Source of the DNA: Thermoplasmata archaeon
GTDB taxonomy: Archaea; Thermoplasmatota; Thermoplasmata; Lutacidiplasmatales; UBA184
Assembly: GCA_033854115.1 (NCBI GenBank)
Contig: JAWOKS010000025.1
Span: 19,781-83,780, forward strand
DNA length: 64,000 bases
Direction: 5' to 3'
Shown: in pieces, positions 1 to 9,019 of the stretch
How positions within the stretch are numbered: the first letter of the stretch is position 1
Layout: each line of letters opens with the position of its first letter
Translations under genes and position numbers: made by a program
The notes under the pieces: generated by a model
Database searches by the model: none
Seen by the model: the letters and a program-made list of their open reading frames with translations, nothing else
What the model was told of the DNA's origin: nothing

Positions 1-205
1 GCATCGGGACGTGGACCAGGATCTCGACCGGGTCGACGTCCTCGGCCATGACGACGAGCTTCGCTTCCGCGCGCTCGCTCGACTTGGTCACCTCGTTCGT
101 CCCGACCCGGACCTTCCCGGTCTCGCTCGCCACCTGGACGAGCTGCAGGGCTTTCTCGGCCAGATCGCTCGGGGTCTCGAACCTTACGTAGATCGGTCGC
201 GCCAT
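1..205 (-). CDS. rpl7ae: 50S ribosomal protein L7Ae (N-terminal part; gene continues beyond the left edge of the window)
   Basis: My own minus-strand translation from ATG (complement of 203-205) gives [67 protein letters not shown]... This matches the L7Ae/L30e signature GxNEVTK..ER..AKLV..AEDV.P.EI..H.P. It is absent from the ORF track because no stop codon lies inside the window. Confidence 0.85.
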   Translation of the reverse strand, partial: MARPIYVRFETPSDLAEKALQLVQVASETGKVRVGTNEVTKSSERAEAKLVVMAEDVDPVEILVHVPM

Positions 206-272
206 CGTGCCTCGCGTCAGCGGAACCCCGAAGGGTCCTCGGCTCACGGGTGAGGCCCCCGTACGGAGCCCC

Positions 273-1358
273 TTATTTAACGGTGCGCGGCCGCGGCGGC
301 GCGGCCGGCTCCGCCGGCGGGCCGGACGCGGGCGGACGCACGGTCCCGAGGGGGGCGACGCGCGCGCGGACCGGGGCGACGAGCCGTTCGAGCGACGCGG
401 CGACCGCCGCCTTCGCGTCCTGGGGATGGACCGCCCCGCTCGTCCAGGCGGTGAGGAACTCCTCCGGTCGCTCGAACGTCACCGGGCCGCCGTGCCGGGG
501 CGCCCGTTCGAGGACGAACCGCCCCTCCCAGGGAAAGACGATGTACCGCACGAGCTCGACGACCGGGTTCCCGTCGACGACCTTCGCCGGGCAGAACGCG
601 GAGGCGATCCGCTCGGCGATCTCGCCGGGCTCGGCCGGGAGGCGGATCGCGCTGGAAGGGTCGGACTTCGACATCTTCCCCTCGGCCGTCCCCTCCACCG
701 GGTCCATGCGGGCCCCGCCCCGGAGCGAGGCGAGGATCGGCGTGTGGATCGCGCACGGCACCGACCAGCCGTAGTGGTGCGCCACCTCCCGCGCGAGCAC
801 GTGGGCCCGGCGCTGGTCGAGCCCGCCGTAGGCGAGGTCGACGGGAAGCTCGAAGATGTCGGCGGCCTGCATCGCCGGGTAGAACAGCTTCGCGGTGTCG
901 AGGTTCGGCTCGTCCTCCGCCCGGCCCATGATCGACATCGCCCGGCGGGTGCGGGCGAGGGAGGTCGCCTTCGCGACCCGGACCACCCGCGCCCAGTAGT
1001 CGGAGGAGGCGACGAGCTCGCTCGCCCACCGGAAGCGGGCCTGCTCGACCCCGAGCGCCTCGAACGTCGCTTGCATGAGGCGCCCGGCGTCCTGGATGCG
1101 CGCGAGGTCCCCGCCGAGCTTGTCGTTGATCCAGGCGTGCCAGTCGGCGAGGAGGACCGTGACGTCGCAGCCGGCGGCCTCGAGGTCGAGGATCTTGCGG
1201 GCGGTGATCAGGTGGGCGATGGTGAGCGGGCCGCTCGGCTCGAAGCCGATGTAGGCCCGGGGGCGCTCCGTCCGCCCGAGGAGCTCCCGGAGCTCCTCCG
1301 GGGTGAGGACCTCGGTCGTGTCCCGGGCGATCCGCTCGGCTCGGTCCTCGACGTCCAC
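273..1358 (-). CDS. tyrS: Tyrosyl-tRNA synthetase, archaeal type (class I aaRS)
   Basis: Taken from ORF 273..1481(-). Contains [15 protein letters not shown] (HIGH-region equivalent), [12 protein letters not shown] and KMSKS. The N-terminal 41 codons of the track ORF are Arg-rich and lie upstream of a TATA-like box. I place the start at GTG 1358 ([13 protein letters not shown]...), though ATG 1481 remains possible. Confidence 0.85.
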   Translation of the reverse strand: MDVEDRAERIARDTTEVLTPEELRELLGRTERPRAYIGFEPSGPLTIAHLITARKILDLEAAGCDVTVLLADWHAWINDKLGGDLARIQDAGRLMQATFEALGVEQARFRWASELVASSDYWARVVRVAKATSLARTRRAMSIMGRAEDEPNLDTAKLFYPAMQAADIFELPVDLAYGGLDQRRAHVLAREVAHHYGWSVPCAIHTPILASLRGGARMDPVEGTAEGKMSKSDPSSAIRLPAEPGEIAERIASAFCPAKVVDGNPVVELVRYIVFPWEGRFVLERAPRHGGPVTFERPEEFLTAWTSGAVHPQDAKAAVAASLERLVAPVRARVAPLGTVRPPASGPPAEPAAPPRPRTVK

Positions 1359-1379
1359 GGCGGCCGATGACCGTGCGGG

Positions 1380-1385
1380 ATAAAG
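1380..1385 (-). promoter_or_regulatory. TATA-like box (CTTTAT on minus strand) for tyrS
   Basis: An A/T hexamer in an otherwise GC-rich spacer, 22-27 nt upstream of GTG 1358. This fits an archaeal leaderless promoter. Confidence 0.35.
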
Positions 1386-1443
1386 GCGGTGGGGGACCGC
1401 ACCCCGCCCCTTCCGCGCGCCCCGGAGGTCCGAGGGCGGTCTT

Positions 1444-3720
1444 ATGAGCCCCCGCCGCGCTAATCTCCCTCTTGCAGCCATGGAAGGTTCGGCCAGCGAC
1501 GCGACCCGAGCGGCCGAGCCCTCGGCCGCCTCGAGCGGCAGCCTTGCCCGCGCGCTCGGGGTGAGCCCCGAGGGCGCCCGGCGCCTGGTCGCGGCCGGCT
1601 ACGAGACCCCGGAGGCCGTGCGCGCGCTGAGCGCGAAGGAGCTCGGCCGCCTCGGGCTCGCGGCCGGCGACCTCGAGGCCCTCCAGCACGCGGAAGCGGC
1701 CCCGGTCGCCGCGGACGCGGCCGCCGAGGGATCGGCGGACGCGGAGCGCATCGTCGAGCGGTGGGTCGGCTCGGTCGCCAAGGCCGAGAAGACCCGGCGC
1801 CGGAGGTTCGCGCCCGCCGGGAAGGGCTCGACCGAGGTCCTCCGCCGCTGGGTGGAGGGCGACGACCACGCGCTCGAGGAGTGGATCCGCTCGTCGGAGG
1901 CGGTCCCCCCGTCCGCGGGGACGGTCCCGGCCCCCGCCGCGGGCGCGGGACGGGCCGGTCCGGGAGGGGGCCCGGGTTCGGCCGCGATCCTCGAGCGGGA
2001 GGCGACGGTCGTCCGCTGGCTCACCGATCTGCTCGACCGCGTCAAGTCCGACCAGTTCGACCCGACCTCGGTCGTCCAGGAGGTCCAGGAGCTCCAGCGC
2101 CAGCTCTACGACGAGCGGGCGAAGCGGAAGGAGCTCGAGGACGAGGTCGAGCACGTGAAGCGCGGCTCGATCGCGGTGATCAAGTACGTACGCGCCCGGG
2201 AGGCGAAGGAGCGCGAGGCGGCCCGACAGGCCCAGGAGGAGGAGATCGCCCGCCTTCGCCAGCGCCTCGCCTCCCTCGAGGGCCCGGCGGGCGGCCCCCC
2301 GACCGCCCCGGCCGCGGTCGCCCCTCGCGCGGGGACCCCCGCGGCGGCGGTGCCCGAGGCCCGGATCGAGGAGGCCGAGCAGAAGCTCCGCGAGGAGTTC
2401 GCGGGCCGCGAGCAGGGCCTCCTCGAGCGGGAGGCCGAGCTCCGGCGCCGGATCGTCCAGCTCGAGGGCGAGGCCCGCCGGCTGCACACCGACGCCGACC
2501 AGGCGCGGGAGCAGGCGAAGGCCGCGGTGGGGCAGGGCGGCGTCCTGGATGCCGAGCTCGCGCGCCGGCTCACCGACGCCGACCGGCGCGAGCACGACCT
2601 GATCGCGCGGGACAACGCGATCCGGGCGAAGTTCGAGGAGATCCGCATCGGCACGGAGGAGATCACCCGACGTCGCGGCCAGCTCGAGTTCAAGGAGAAG
2701 GAGCTCGCCGGCTGGGACCAGCAGCTCGAGACCCGCCGCGCCGCGCTCGACCTCGAGGCCCGACGGCTCGAGGACGCCCGGAGGGAGCTCGGCGTCGGCA
2801 CGGTCGCCGGGGCGAGCGAGGCCCAGCGGCTCGACGACCTCCGCCAGGAGCTCAACCGCAAGGAGGTCGAGCTCAAGGCGCGCGAGGGCCAGCTCGCCGA
2901 ACGGATGCGCGAGCTCGAGCGCTTGGCCAGCACCGCGGCGACCGGGGAGGCCGACCGCATGCTCGCGGAGAGCACGGCCGAGGCGAAGACCGCACGGGTC
3001 CACAGCGGCGTGCGCCGGCTCGACGACCTGCTCTACGGGGGGTACTTCCCCGGGGTCCAGCTCCTCGTCAACGGCCCCGCCCACACCGGCAAGGACACCC
3101 TCGCCCGCCTCTTCTCGGTCGAGGGGCTCCGCTCCGGGATCCCGTCCCTCTGGATCGTGACGGACAAGACCCACGGCCAGGTCCGCGACGACCTCACGGC
3201 CCTCTTCCCCCAGTACCCCGAGGCCGAGCGCAAGGGCCTCGTCCGGTACATCGACCTCTACTCGCTCTCGGTCGGGGCGACGTCGTCCGCCCCGGGGGTC
3301 CGGCTCCTCTCGCCGAACGACAAGGGGGTCCTCGAGCAGCTCGCGCAGGCCACCGATGCCTACGCAGAGCAGCTCAAGGAGCGGTTCTCGACGTACCGCC
3401 TGATCTTCGAATCGGTCTCGACCGTCGCGGCGTACCTCGACACCGCCGCGACGTTCCGCTTCCTCCAGCCGCTCATCGGCCGCCGCAAGCTGGACGGCGC
3501 CGTCGGCTACTACGAGCTCGAGAGCGGCATGCACTCGGAGTCGGACCTCGAGACGCTCGAGCACATGGTCGACGGCTCGATCAACCTCAAGCTCGAGCAG
3601 ATGAAGCCGTTCCTCCAGGTCCGGGGGATCGGCGAGGCGCAGGCCCGCAGCTGGATCGGCTACACGTTCACGAAGCGGTCGTTCAACCTCGGTTCGTTCA
3701 GCCTCGAGCACATCCGCTAG
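1444..3720 (+). CDS. KaiC/RecA-superfamily ATPase with an N-terminal helix-hairpin-helix-like region and a ~300-aa coiled coil
   Basis: ORF 1444..3720. The C-terminus has LDDLLYGGYFPGVQLLVNGPAHTGKDTLA (Walker A), YRLIFESVS (Walker B-like) and VDGSINLKLEQ...LQVRGIGEA, the typical KaiC/RadA-like layout. Roughly residues 190-500 are heptad-like and rich in E/R/K/L/A/Q. The N-terminus has LGVSPEGARRLVAAGYETPEAVRALSAKELGRLG. An alternative start is ATG 1480. Confidence 0.75.
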   Translation: MSPRRANLPLAAMEGSASDATRAAEPSAASSGSLARALGVSPEGARRLVAAGYETPEAVRALSAKELGRLGLAAGDLEALQHAEAAPVAADAAAEGSADAERIVERWVGSVAKAEKTRRRRFAPAGKGSTEVLRRWVEGDDHALEEWIRSSEAVPPSAGTVPAPAAGAGRAGPGGGPGSAAILEREATVVRWLTDLLDRVKSDQFDPTSVVQEVQELQRQLYDERAKRKELEDEVEHVKRGSIAVIKYVRAREAKEREAARQAQEEEIARLRQRLASLEGPAGGPPTAPAAVAPRAGTPAAAVPEARIEEAEQKLREEFAGREQGLLEREAELRRRIVQLEGEARRLHTDADQAREQAKAAVGQGGVLDAELARRLTDADRREHDLIARDNAIRAKFEEIRIGTEEITRRRGQLEFKEKELAGWDQQLETRRAALDLEARRLEDARRELGVGTVAGASEAQRLDDLRQELNRKEVELKAREGQLAERMRELERLASTAATGEADRMLAESTAEAKTARVHSGVRRLDDLLYGGYFPGVQLLVNGPAHTGKDTLARLFSVEGLRSGIPSLWIVTDKTHGQVRDDLTALFPQYPEAERKGLVRYIDLYSLSVGATSSAPGVRLLSPNDKGVLEQLAQATDAYAEQLKERFSTYRLIFESVSTVAAYLDTAATFRFLQPLIGRRKLDGAVGYYELESGMHSESDLETLEHMVDGSINLKLEQMKPFLQVRGIGEAQARSWIGYTFTKRSFNLGSFSLEHIR

Positions 3721-3794
3721 GGGTCCCGCGCGCTCCGGCCCGTCCCGTTCGCCCCAGCGAAGGGCTATGTACCGGCCGCCCGTCTCTCGCTCTT

Positions 3795-4108
3795 GCTAGG
3801 CTAGACCGGGGGGTTGGGCGTCCCCTTACACACCGAAACCGTCCTTAGCGGGGGTGACAGGCAGGAGCGACGTTCGGAGGAGTTGCGCGTCCCGCGTAGC
3901 TCCGTAGACGCTCTGTTCCGTCGGGCCGCGGGTCCCGCGACGGGCGCTCGGAGGAGCGCCCTAGCGGGTATCCATCACGGGCACCGGGTCAGGTCCTGAC
4001 GGGAGCAGCCTTACCGTGACCCGTCGACGCTGGCGGGGAGACGGGGCCGAGGAGCGCGCGGGGTCTCCGTGCGGCTTCTCCGGGCGGCAATCCTGCTGGC
4101 CTAGCACC
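3795..4108 (+). ncRNA. Signal recognition particle RNA (archaeal 7S RNA), about 314 nt
   Basis: The 5' GCUAGGC (3795-3801) is complementary to 3' GCCUAGC (4099-4105). The 5' domain GACCGGGGGGUUGGGCGUCCCCUUACACACCGAAACCG resembles the archaeal Alu-domain consensus. GGUCAGGUCCUGACGGGAGCAGCC resembles the conserved helix-8 motif. Ends are accurate to about +/-5 nt. Confidence 0.8.
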
Positions 4109-4139
4109 GGGCGACCGTCGCACGCTTCGACCGGACCGT

Positions 4140-4685
4140 TCAAGGAGCGGGCGGGGCGGGGTCGACGACCCCCACCCCTTCTTTTCCCGTGGAGCTCCCG
4201 GGTTCCGTGGACCATCCCGCCGTGGCGGGCTCGAGCGCGTCCTCCTCGAGCCGGTGGCGGCGCGCCCCCGGGATCGCCCGCTTCCGAGCGTGCGCGTAGT
4301 CGTACGTCACGAGGACCGTGCGCCCGATCGCGGTCGGCCTTCCGGTCCGGGGCTCGGTGAAGCGGTAGACGAGGACGAAGCTGGTCCGGCCGAGGGGACG
4401 GACAGGAGCGACCTCGCCCACGAGCTCCGCGCCGTACGGCACCGGGGCGAGGTAGCGGCACGCCGCCTCGGCCACGATGATGTCGAGCTTCGTGGGGTCG
4501 CTCGAGCCGAGGAGCCGAAGGTAGTACTCGCACCGGAGCGTCTCCATCATCGGGAAGTACGCCGCATGGTTGAGATGGCGGAGCACGTCGACGTCGTGGT
4601 AGGTCACCGGGAACCGTCGTTGGAGCGGCCAGGTCGGTCCGCCCGGGCGGCTCGGAGGCATCGGCCGCGGACGGCGACGCTCCAT
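4140..4685 (-). CDS. Acyl-CoA thioesterase, hotdog fold (4HBT/YbgC-like)
   Basis: ORF 4140..4685(-). The motif block VTYHDVDVLRHLNHAAYFPMMETLRCEYY followed by VAEAACRYLAPVPYG is typical of 4-hydroxybenzoyl-CoA-thioesterase-like proteins. An alternative start is Met9. Confidence 0.8.
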   Translation of the reverse strand: MERRRPRPMPPSRPGGPTWPLQRRFPVTYHDVDVLRHLNHAAYFPMMETLRCEYYLRLLGSSDPTKLDIIVAEAACRYLAPVPYGAELVGEVAPVRPLGRTSFVLVYRFTEPRTGRPTAIGRTVLVTYDYAHARKRAIPGARRHRLEEDALEPATAGWSTEPGSSTGKEGVGVVDPAPPAP

Positions 4686-4687
4686 AT

Positions 4688-6115
4688 ATGGGAACGAGGG
4701 GCTCGCACGCCGGAGCCTCGTTCGCGGCCATGGGCACCTCAGCTCCGGGTTCCACTGGAAACGGGGGGGTGGGGGTGGCGACGGCGCGACCCGCGGCCCC
4801 GGTCCCGCCCGCGGCGGGCGAGATGGCCGGCGTCGTCGAGCGCGTGCGCCGCCTCACGCAGGAGCATTCGGCCCGGTTCGAGCGGTCGATCCCGCTGATC
4901 GCGAGCGAGAACCTGCTCTCGCCCTACGCGAAGGAACTGCTCATCTCCGACCTCCATTCGCGCTACGCCGAGGGGCTGCCCGGGGAACGGTACTACGAGG
5001 GGAACGAGCAGGTCGACGAGATCGAGAACCTGACGCTCGAGCTCGCGCGCCGCCTCTTCCGCTGCTCGTTCGCGGACGTCCGCCCGATCTCCGGCACGGT
5101 CGCGAACCTCGCCGTGCTGAAGGCGCTCGCCGAGCCCGGGGAGCTCGTCGGCACGAGCCGGCTCGCCGACGGCGCCCACATCTCGAGCGCCTCGTTCGGC
5201 GCGTTCGGGCTCCGGGGGGTCCGCCCGGTCTACTACGCCTGGGACCCCGAGCGGATGACGATCGACGTCGCGCGGACCCGGGAGGTCCTGCGTGCGGTCC
5301 GGCCGAAGCTCTGCCTGTTCGGCCTCTCCCTGTTCCTGTTCCCGATGCCGATCGACGAGCTCGCCCCGACCCTCGAGCAGATCGGGGCCATCGGCTGGTA
5401 CGACGGGGCCCACGTGCTCGGGCTCGTCGCGGGCGGGGAGTTCCAGGACCCGCTCCGCGAAGGCTGCTCGGTCGTGAGCGGGTCGACCCACAAGACCCTG
5501 CCCGGCCCGCAGCACGGGATCCTCCTCGCCGAGTCGAAGGACGAGACGCTCGTCCCGCGGCTGCGCTCCGGGGCCTTCCCCGGGGTGACGAGCAACCATC
5601 ACCTGCACGCGATGGCCGCGCTCGCGGTGAGCCTCGCCGAGCACCTCGAGTTCGGACGGGAGTACGCGCGCCGCACCGTGGAGAACGCGAGGGCCCTCGG
5701 CGCGGCCCTTCACGAACGCGGGTTCGACGTCCTCGCCCCGAACCTCGGGTTCACCCGCTCGCACACGATCGCGGTTCGCGTGACGAAGGAGGGCGGAGGG
5801 GCCGACGTCGCGCGCCGGCTGGCCGACGCCGGGATCATCGCGAACAAGAACCTCCTCCCCGGGGACCGTAGCCCCCGGCAGCCTGAAGGGGTCCGCCTCG
5901 GGACCCCGGAGGTGACCCGGCTCGGCATGGGGCCCCGGGAGATGGTCCGCATCGCGGAGCTGTTCGACGCGCTCCTGCACCGCGCCCGGCCCGCCGAGGA
6001 GGTCCGGCGCGAGGCCGGGGAGCTGAAGCAGGGGTTCCGTACCCTCCGGTACTGCTTCGGCGCTGGGGAGGCGGCCTACCGCTACTACGACCTCGTGGGC
6101 CGCCCGCCGTCCTAG
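4688..6115 (+). CDS. glyA: Serine hydroxymethyltransferase
   Basis: Contains IPLIASENLLSPYAKE, YAEGLPGERYYEGNEQVDEIE, and SGSTHKTLPGPQHG (PLP lysine). The start is uncertain: in-frame ATGs at 4688, 4730 and 4823 (MAGVVERVRRL...) are all possible. Confidence 0.9.
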   Translation: MGTRGSHAGASFAAMGTSAPGSTGNGGVGVATARPAAPVPPAAGEMAGVVERVRRLTQEHSARFERSIPLIASENLLSPYAKELLISDLHSRYAEGLPGERYYEGNEQVDEIENLTLELARRLFRCSFADVRPISGTVANLAVLKALAEPGELVGTSRLADGAHISSASFGAFGLRGVRPVYYAWDPERMTIDVARTREVLRAVRPKLCLFGLSLFLFPMPIDELAPTLEQIGAIGWYDGAHVLGLVAGGEFQDPLREGCSVVSGSTHKTLPGPQHGILLAESKDETLVPRLRSGAFPGVTSNHHLHAMAALAVSLAEHLEFGREYARRTVENARALGAALHERGFDVLAPNLGFTRSHTIAVRVTKEGGGADVARRLADAGIIANKNLLPGDRSPRQPEGVRLGTPEVTRLGMGPREMVRIAELFDALLHRARPAEEVRREAGELKQGFRTLRYCFGAGEAAYRYYDLVGRPPS

Positions 6116-8892
6116 CTGGCCGGCTCGTCGGACCCGAGCTCTTCGTCCCGGCGGCGGAGGCCGTCCTCGAACGCCTCCGGGTCGAGCGTGACCCTCGGGG
6201 CCCCCGCCGGCCCGCTCGCGAGGCGGAACCGGGCCCGCCCGTCGGGTCCGAGGGTCGCGCCGAGCGTCCCGTCGGCGACGAGCGAGGCGATCCAGTCGGC
6301 GAGCTCGGGAGGCGGGGGCGGCGGGGCCCAGGCCCCTTCGAGGGCAGCGAGGTCGACCGGCCCGAGCCGGCCGACGAGCTCGACGACCCGGTCCCGGCCC
6401 TCGGCGAAGCGGCGGAGATCCTCCTCGCCGGGCTCGGAGGAGCGGCGGCGCCGCCTCCGGCGGGCGACCACGACCGCGGCCATCCCCGCCAGTCCGAGCG
6501 GCGCGGCCGCGGCGAGCGCCACCACGGAGGCGCTCGGACCCCGGGCCGGCGGGGTCGCCGGGACCTCGAGCGGGCCGAGGAGCACCTCGCCCGCCCCGTC
6601 GACGACGCTCACCTCGGCGGCGGCCGTTCCCGGCACCGAGTAGTTGATCCAGACCCCGCTCCCCCCGCCGGGCAGGGGGGTCGCACCGACGAGCTCGACC
6701 GTGCGCCGCCCCCCCGCGACGAGGTCGACGCTGAGGACGGCGCCCGGTGCGGGATTGCCGAAGCGGTCCTCAAGGTGCCAGAAGGTCGAGCTCGCGCGGG
6801 CGTCGCTCGGACCGGCCACGGGGTCGAAGAGCCGGACGTGCAGGCGGTCGGCCGTCGTCGTGAGGTTCTCCCCCGGCACCGCGGCGGGCAAGGAGGCGCT
6901 CGCGAGCCGAACGGTGAACGTCCCGGCGGTCGCGACCACGAGCGTGACGTTGAGCATTCCATCGATCCATGCGGCGGCCGGCACGCCGAACCCCCCGCCC
7001 TCGAGCGACGAGAGCGGGCCCACGCCCGAGGCGTTCGCCCACGCGATCGGGGCACCGGCGGCCGAGCTCAGCACGAGCTCGCCCGTGGCCCCGAAGGTGC
7101 GGTCGGGGGCCCCCGACACATCGAACGCCTGCCAGGAGAGCGCGACCGGCGTCCCCACCGTCACCGGATCGCCGGGCGGGGTGGCCCGGGCGACCACGAG
7201 CGACGCGGGGGCCGGGCCGACCTCGAGGAGCCGGTCGGCGGTCGTGACGGTGCCGAGGTCGTCGACCACCGTGAGGCGGACCTCGAGCGCTCCGGCGAGA
7301 GCGGGAACGAGCGTGACCGCGAGCGCGCCGGCCGCGACGAGCTCGCCGGTCGACAGTGGGCCCGGGGCGGAGGAGACGTTCCACCAGTAGCGGGCGGGGA
7401 GGACCCCTCCGGTGACGTTCGCCTCGAGGCGCACCGGGGTCCCGGCCGTGACGTCCTGGGGGCTCACGTTGAGCGGCCCGACCGCGAGCGGGGCGACGAC
7501 CACGACCGGCACGGACAGGGAGGCGTTGGTCCCGTCGGCGTCGAGCGCCCACGCCCGGGCGGTGTAGTTCCCGACGTCGGGATACGTCGGACGGAACGTC
7601 CAGCGCGGTCCGGGCCCGGGTTCGCAGAGGACGGGGCCCGGCCCGGGGGCGAGGCAGGCCCCCGAGTACGGGGCGGTTCCCGTCCCGTTCGCGGCGACGA
7701 GGGTGATCGGGAGGGGCGCTCCGGCGTACCCCTCCGGTGCGGCGGGGCTTACCGAGATCGACGGCGGCGGCTCGACGGTGAGGTCGGGCAGCCTCCAGCT
7801 CGCCGACGAGTAGCCGTTGGTGACGTTCACGCTCGGCTGCGCGGTGCCGGCGGCCGGGTACGTCACGGACGCTTCGCAGGTCGCGAGGATCGTGCCCGTT
7901 CCGGACGGGACGACCGTGCACGGGGCCCCGACCGTAGGTTGCCCGAGCCCGGGGTCGACGTAGGCGGCGTACGGGAAGCCGGCGGCGCCCCACGCGGTGA
8001 CGTTGACCGCGAGCCGGTCGCCGACATCGAGGGTCGTGCGGTCCGTTTCTGCGCCCTGGATCGTCGTCGGGACGGCGACCACGGCGACGGAGACCGCCGG
8101 AGGGGCCAGGACGGTCGCTCCGACCGACGCCGCCGAGAGAACGCTCAGGGTCGCGGCGCTCGCACCTTGGACCGCGAGGAGGGCGACTGCCGGCCCGTCG
8201 ATCGGCCCGTCGAACGACCAGCCGGTCCCCCGGAGGTCCCATCGGTACGTCACCGCGAGCGGGGAGGGCGTGCCGTTGGCGGCCCAGGCCGAGGCGACAA
8301 ACGGCGTCTCCGCGCCGGGCGTCGTCGTGACGGTCGGGCCGCCCGGGCTCAGGGTGACGGAGGTAAGCTCGCAGACGAGAACGACCGAAATGCTCGCGTA
8401 GTGCCCCTCGACCGAGACCCCGTAGCCCGCCGGGGGGTGGGGGACCGTGAGGCGGACGGGCGCGTCCGGGGCGCCGTACGCGACGCACGAGGACGCGCTC
8501 GACGCGTTGCCGCAGGTCGAGGCGGGGGTCGGCGGGATGAACGCGAACGTTCCGTTCGCGCCGGTGACCGTCGAGTTCGAGAGCGTGAGGCAGGAGTACG
8601 TGACCTTGCCCGACGCGAGGACCGTGACCGGCACCGAGTAGGTGTAGGCGAGCTCGACCCCCGCGGTCGCGTTCGGACCGAGCGGTCCTCCCTCGAGGGC
8701 GAGCGAACCCGAGACCCCCGAGGGCGGGAGGGGACGGACGCATCCGGCGGAGGTCGCCGAGGGCACGGTCGGGGCCTCGCGGGCGCCGGTCGCGGGGGCG
8801 AAGTTCGGGATCGCGAACATGCCGAGACCGAGCAGGGCGACGGCCCCGAGGGCGAGCACCACCTCCCGGCGCGGCGTCGCTCCCACCCCCAC
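6112..8892 (-). CDS. Large cell-surface (S-layer-like) glycoprotein candidate with a C-terminal membrane anchor and a cytoplasmic tail
   Basis: ORF 6112..8892(-). It has an N-terminal hydrophobic signal/anchor (VVLALGAVALLGLGMFAIP) and a long Thr/Ser/Val/Ala/Gly-rich beta-type ectodomain. I counted at least 15 N-x-S/T sequons (NAT, NST, NGT, NAS, NVT, NYT, NVS, NLT, NYS). A TM helix (VVALAAAAPLGLAGMAAVVVA) followed by RRRRRRR precedes a ~110-aa tail. Confidence 0.8.
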   Translation of the reverse strand: MGVGATPRREVVLALGAVALLGLGMFAIPNFAPATGAREAPTVPSATSAGCVRPLPPSGVSGSLALEGGPLGPNATAGVELAYTYSVPVTVLASGKVTYSCLTLSNSTVTGANGTFAFIPPTPASTCGNASSASSCVAYGAPDAPVRLTVPHPPAGYGVSVEGHYASISVVLVCELTSVTLSPGGPTVTTTPGAETPFVASAWAANGTPSPLAVTYRWDLRGTGWSFDGPIDGPAVALLAVQGASAATLSVLSAASVGATVLAPPAVSVAVVAVPTTIQGAETDRTTLDVGDRLAVNVTAWGAAGFPYAAYVDPGLGQPTVGAPCTVVPSGTGTILATCEASVTYPAAGTAQPSVNVTNGYSSASWRLPDLTVEPPPSISVSPAAPEGYAGAPLPITLVAANGTGTAPYSGACLAPGPGPVLCEPGPGPRWTFRPTYPDVGNYTARAWALDADGTNASLSVPVVVVAPLAVGPLNVSPQDVTAGTPVRLEANVTGGVLPARYWWNVSSAPGPLSTGELVAAGALAVTLVPALAGALEVRLTVVDDLGTVTTADRLLEVGPAPASLVVARATPPGDPVTVGTPVALSWQAFDVSGAPDRTFGATGELVLSSAAGAPIAWANASGVGPLSSLEGGGFGVPAAAWIDGMLNVTLVVATAGTFTVRLASASLPAAVPGENLTTTADRLHVRLFDPVAGPSDARASSTFWHLEDRFGNPAPGAVLSVDLVAGGRRTVELVGATPLPGGGSGVWINYSVPGTAAAEVSVVDGAGEVLLGPLEVPATPPARGPSASVVALAAAAPLGLAGMAAVVVARRRRRRRSSEPGEEDLRRFAEGRDRVVELVGRLGPVDLAALEGAWAPPPPPPELADWIASLVADGTLGATLGPDGRARFRLASGPAGAPRVTLDPEAFEDGLRRRDEELGSDEPAS

Positions 8893-9019
8893 CCCGGCCC
8901 GAGGCCGGGGGCCCGTCCTGCAGTCGCCTCCCGCGCCTTAACGGTATGCTCGCGGACGGAGGAACCTGGAAGCTGCCCCGGTCCGGCCTGCTAAGAGATG
9001 GCTGTTCCGTCCCCGTCGC

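Noticed and set aside
277-3711. 1144-aa minus-strand ORF spanning tyrS and the KaiC-like gene. Similar giant ORFs are 6770..9469(-), 6775..8994(+), 10475..12493(-), 10644..12668(+), 23834..25906(-), 25551..27269(-), 30728..33010(+), 33040..34752(-), 35916..38339(-), 38388..40409(-), 41386..43146(-), 45782..47755(-), 47707..49392(-), 55930..58356(-), 56478..58376(+) and 59826..62369(+).
   Set aside because: All are antisense or off-frame to genes with clear family motifs. Their translations are dominated by Arg/Pro/Gly/Ala/Asp runs with no recognisable domain. This is the expected artefact of stop-codon depletion in very GC-rich DNA.
4682-4696. CCATATATGG palindrome between the thioesterase and glyA as a bidirectional TATA box.
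   Set aside because: It overlaps the putative start codons of both track ORFs (4685 and 4688), so its role depends on unresolved start-site choices. I noted it under the glyA start uncertainty and did not call it as a feature.
3814-4857. ORFs 3814..3999(+), 4016..4360(+) and 3961..4857(-) in the gap after the KaiC-like gene.
   Set aside because: They overlap the SRP RNA (3795-4108), or run out of frame or antisense across the thioesterase gene (4140..4685). Their composition is Arg/Pro/Gly-rich.
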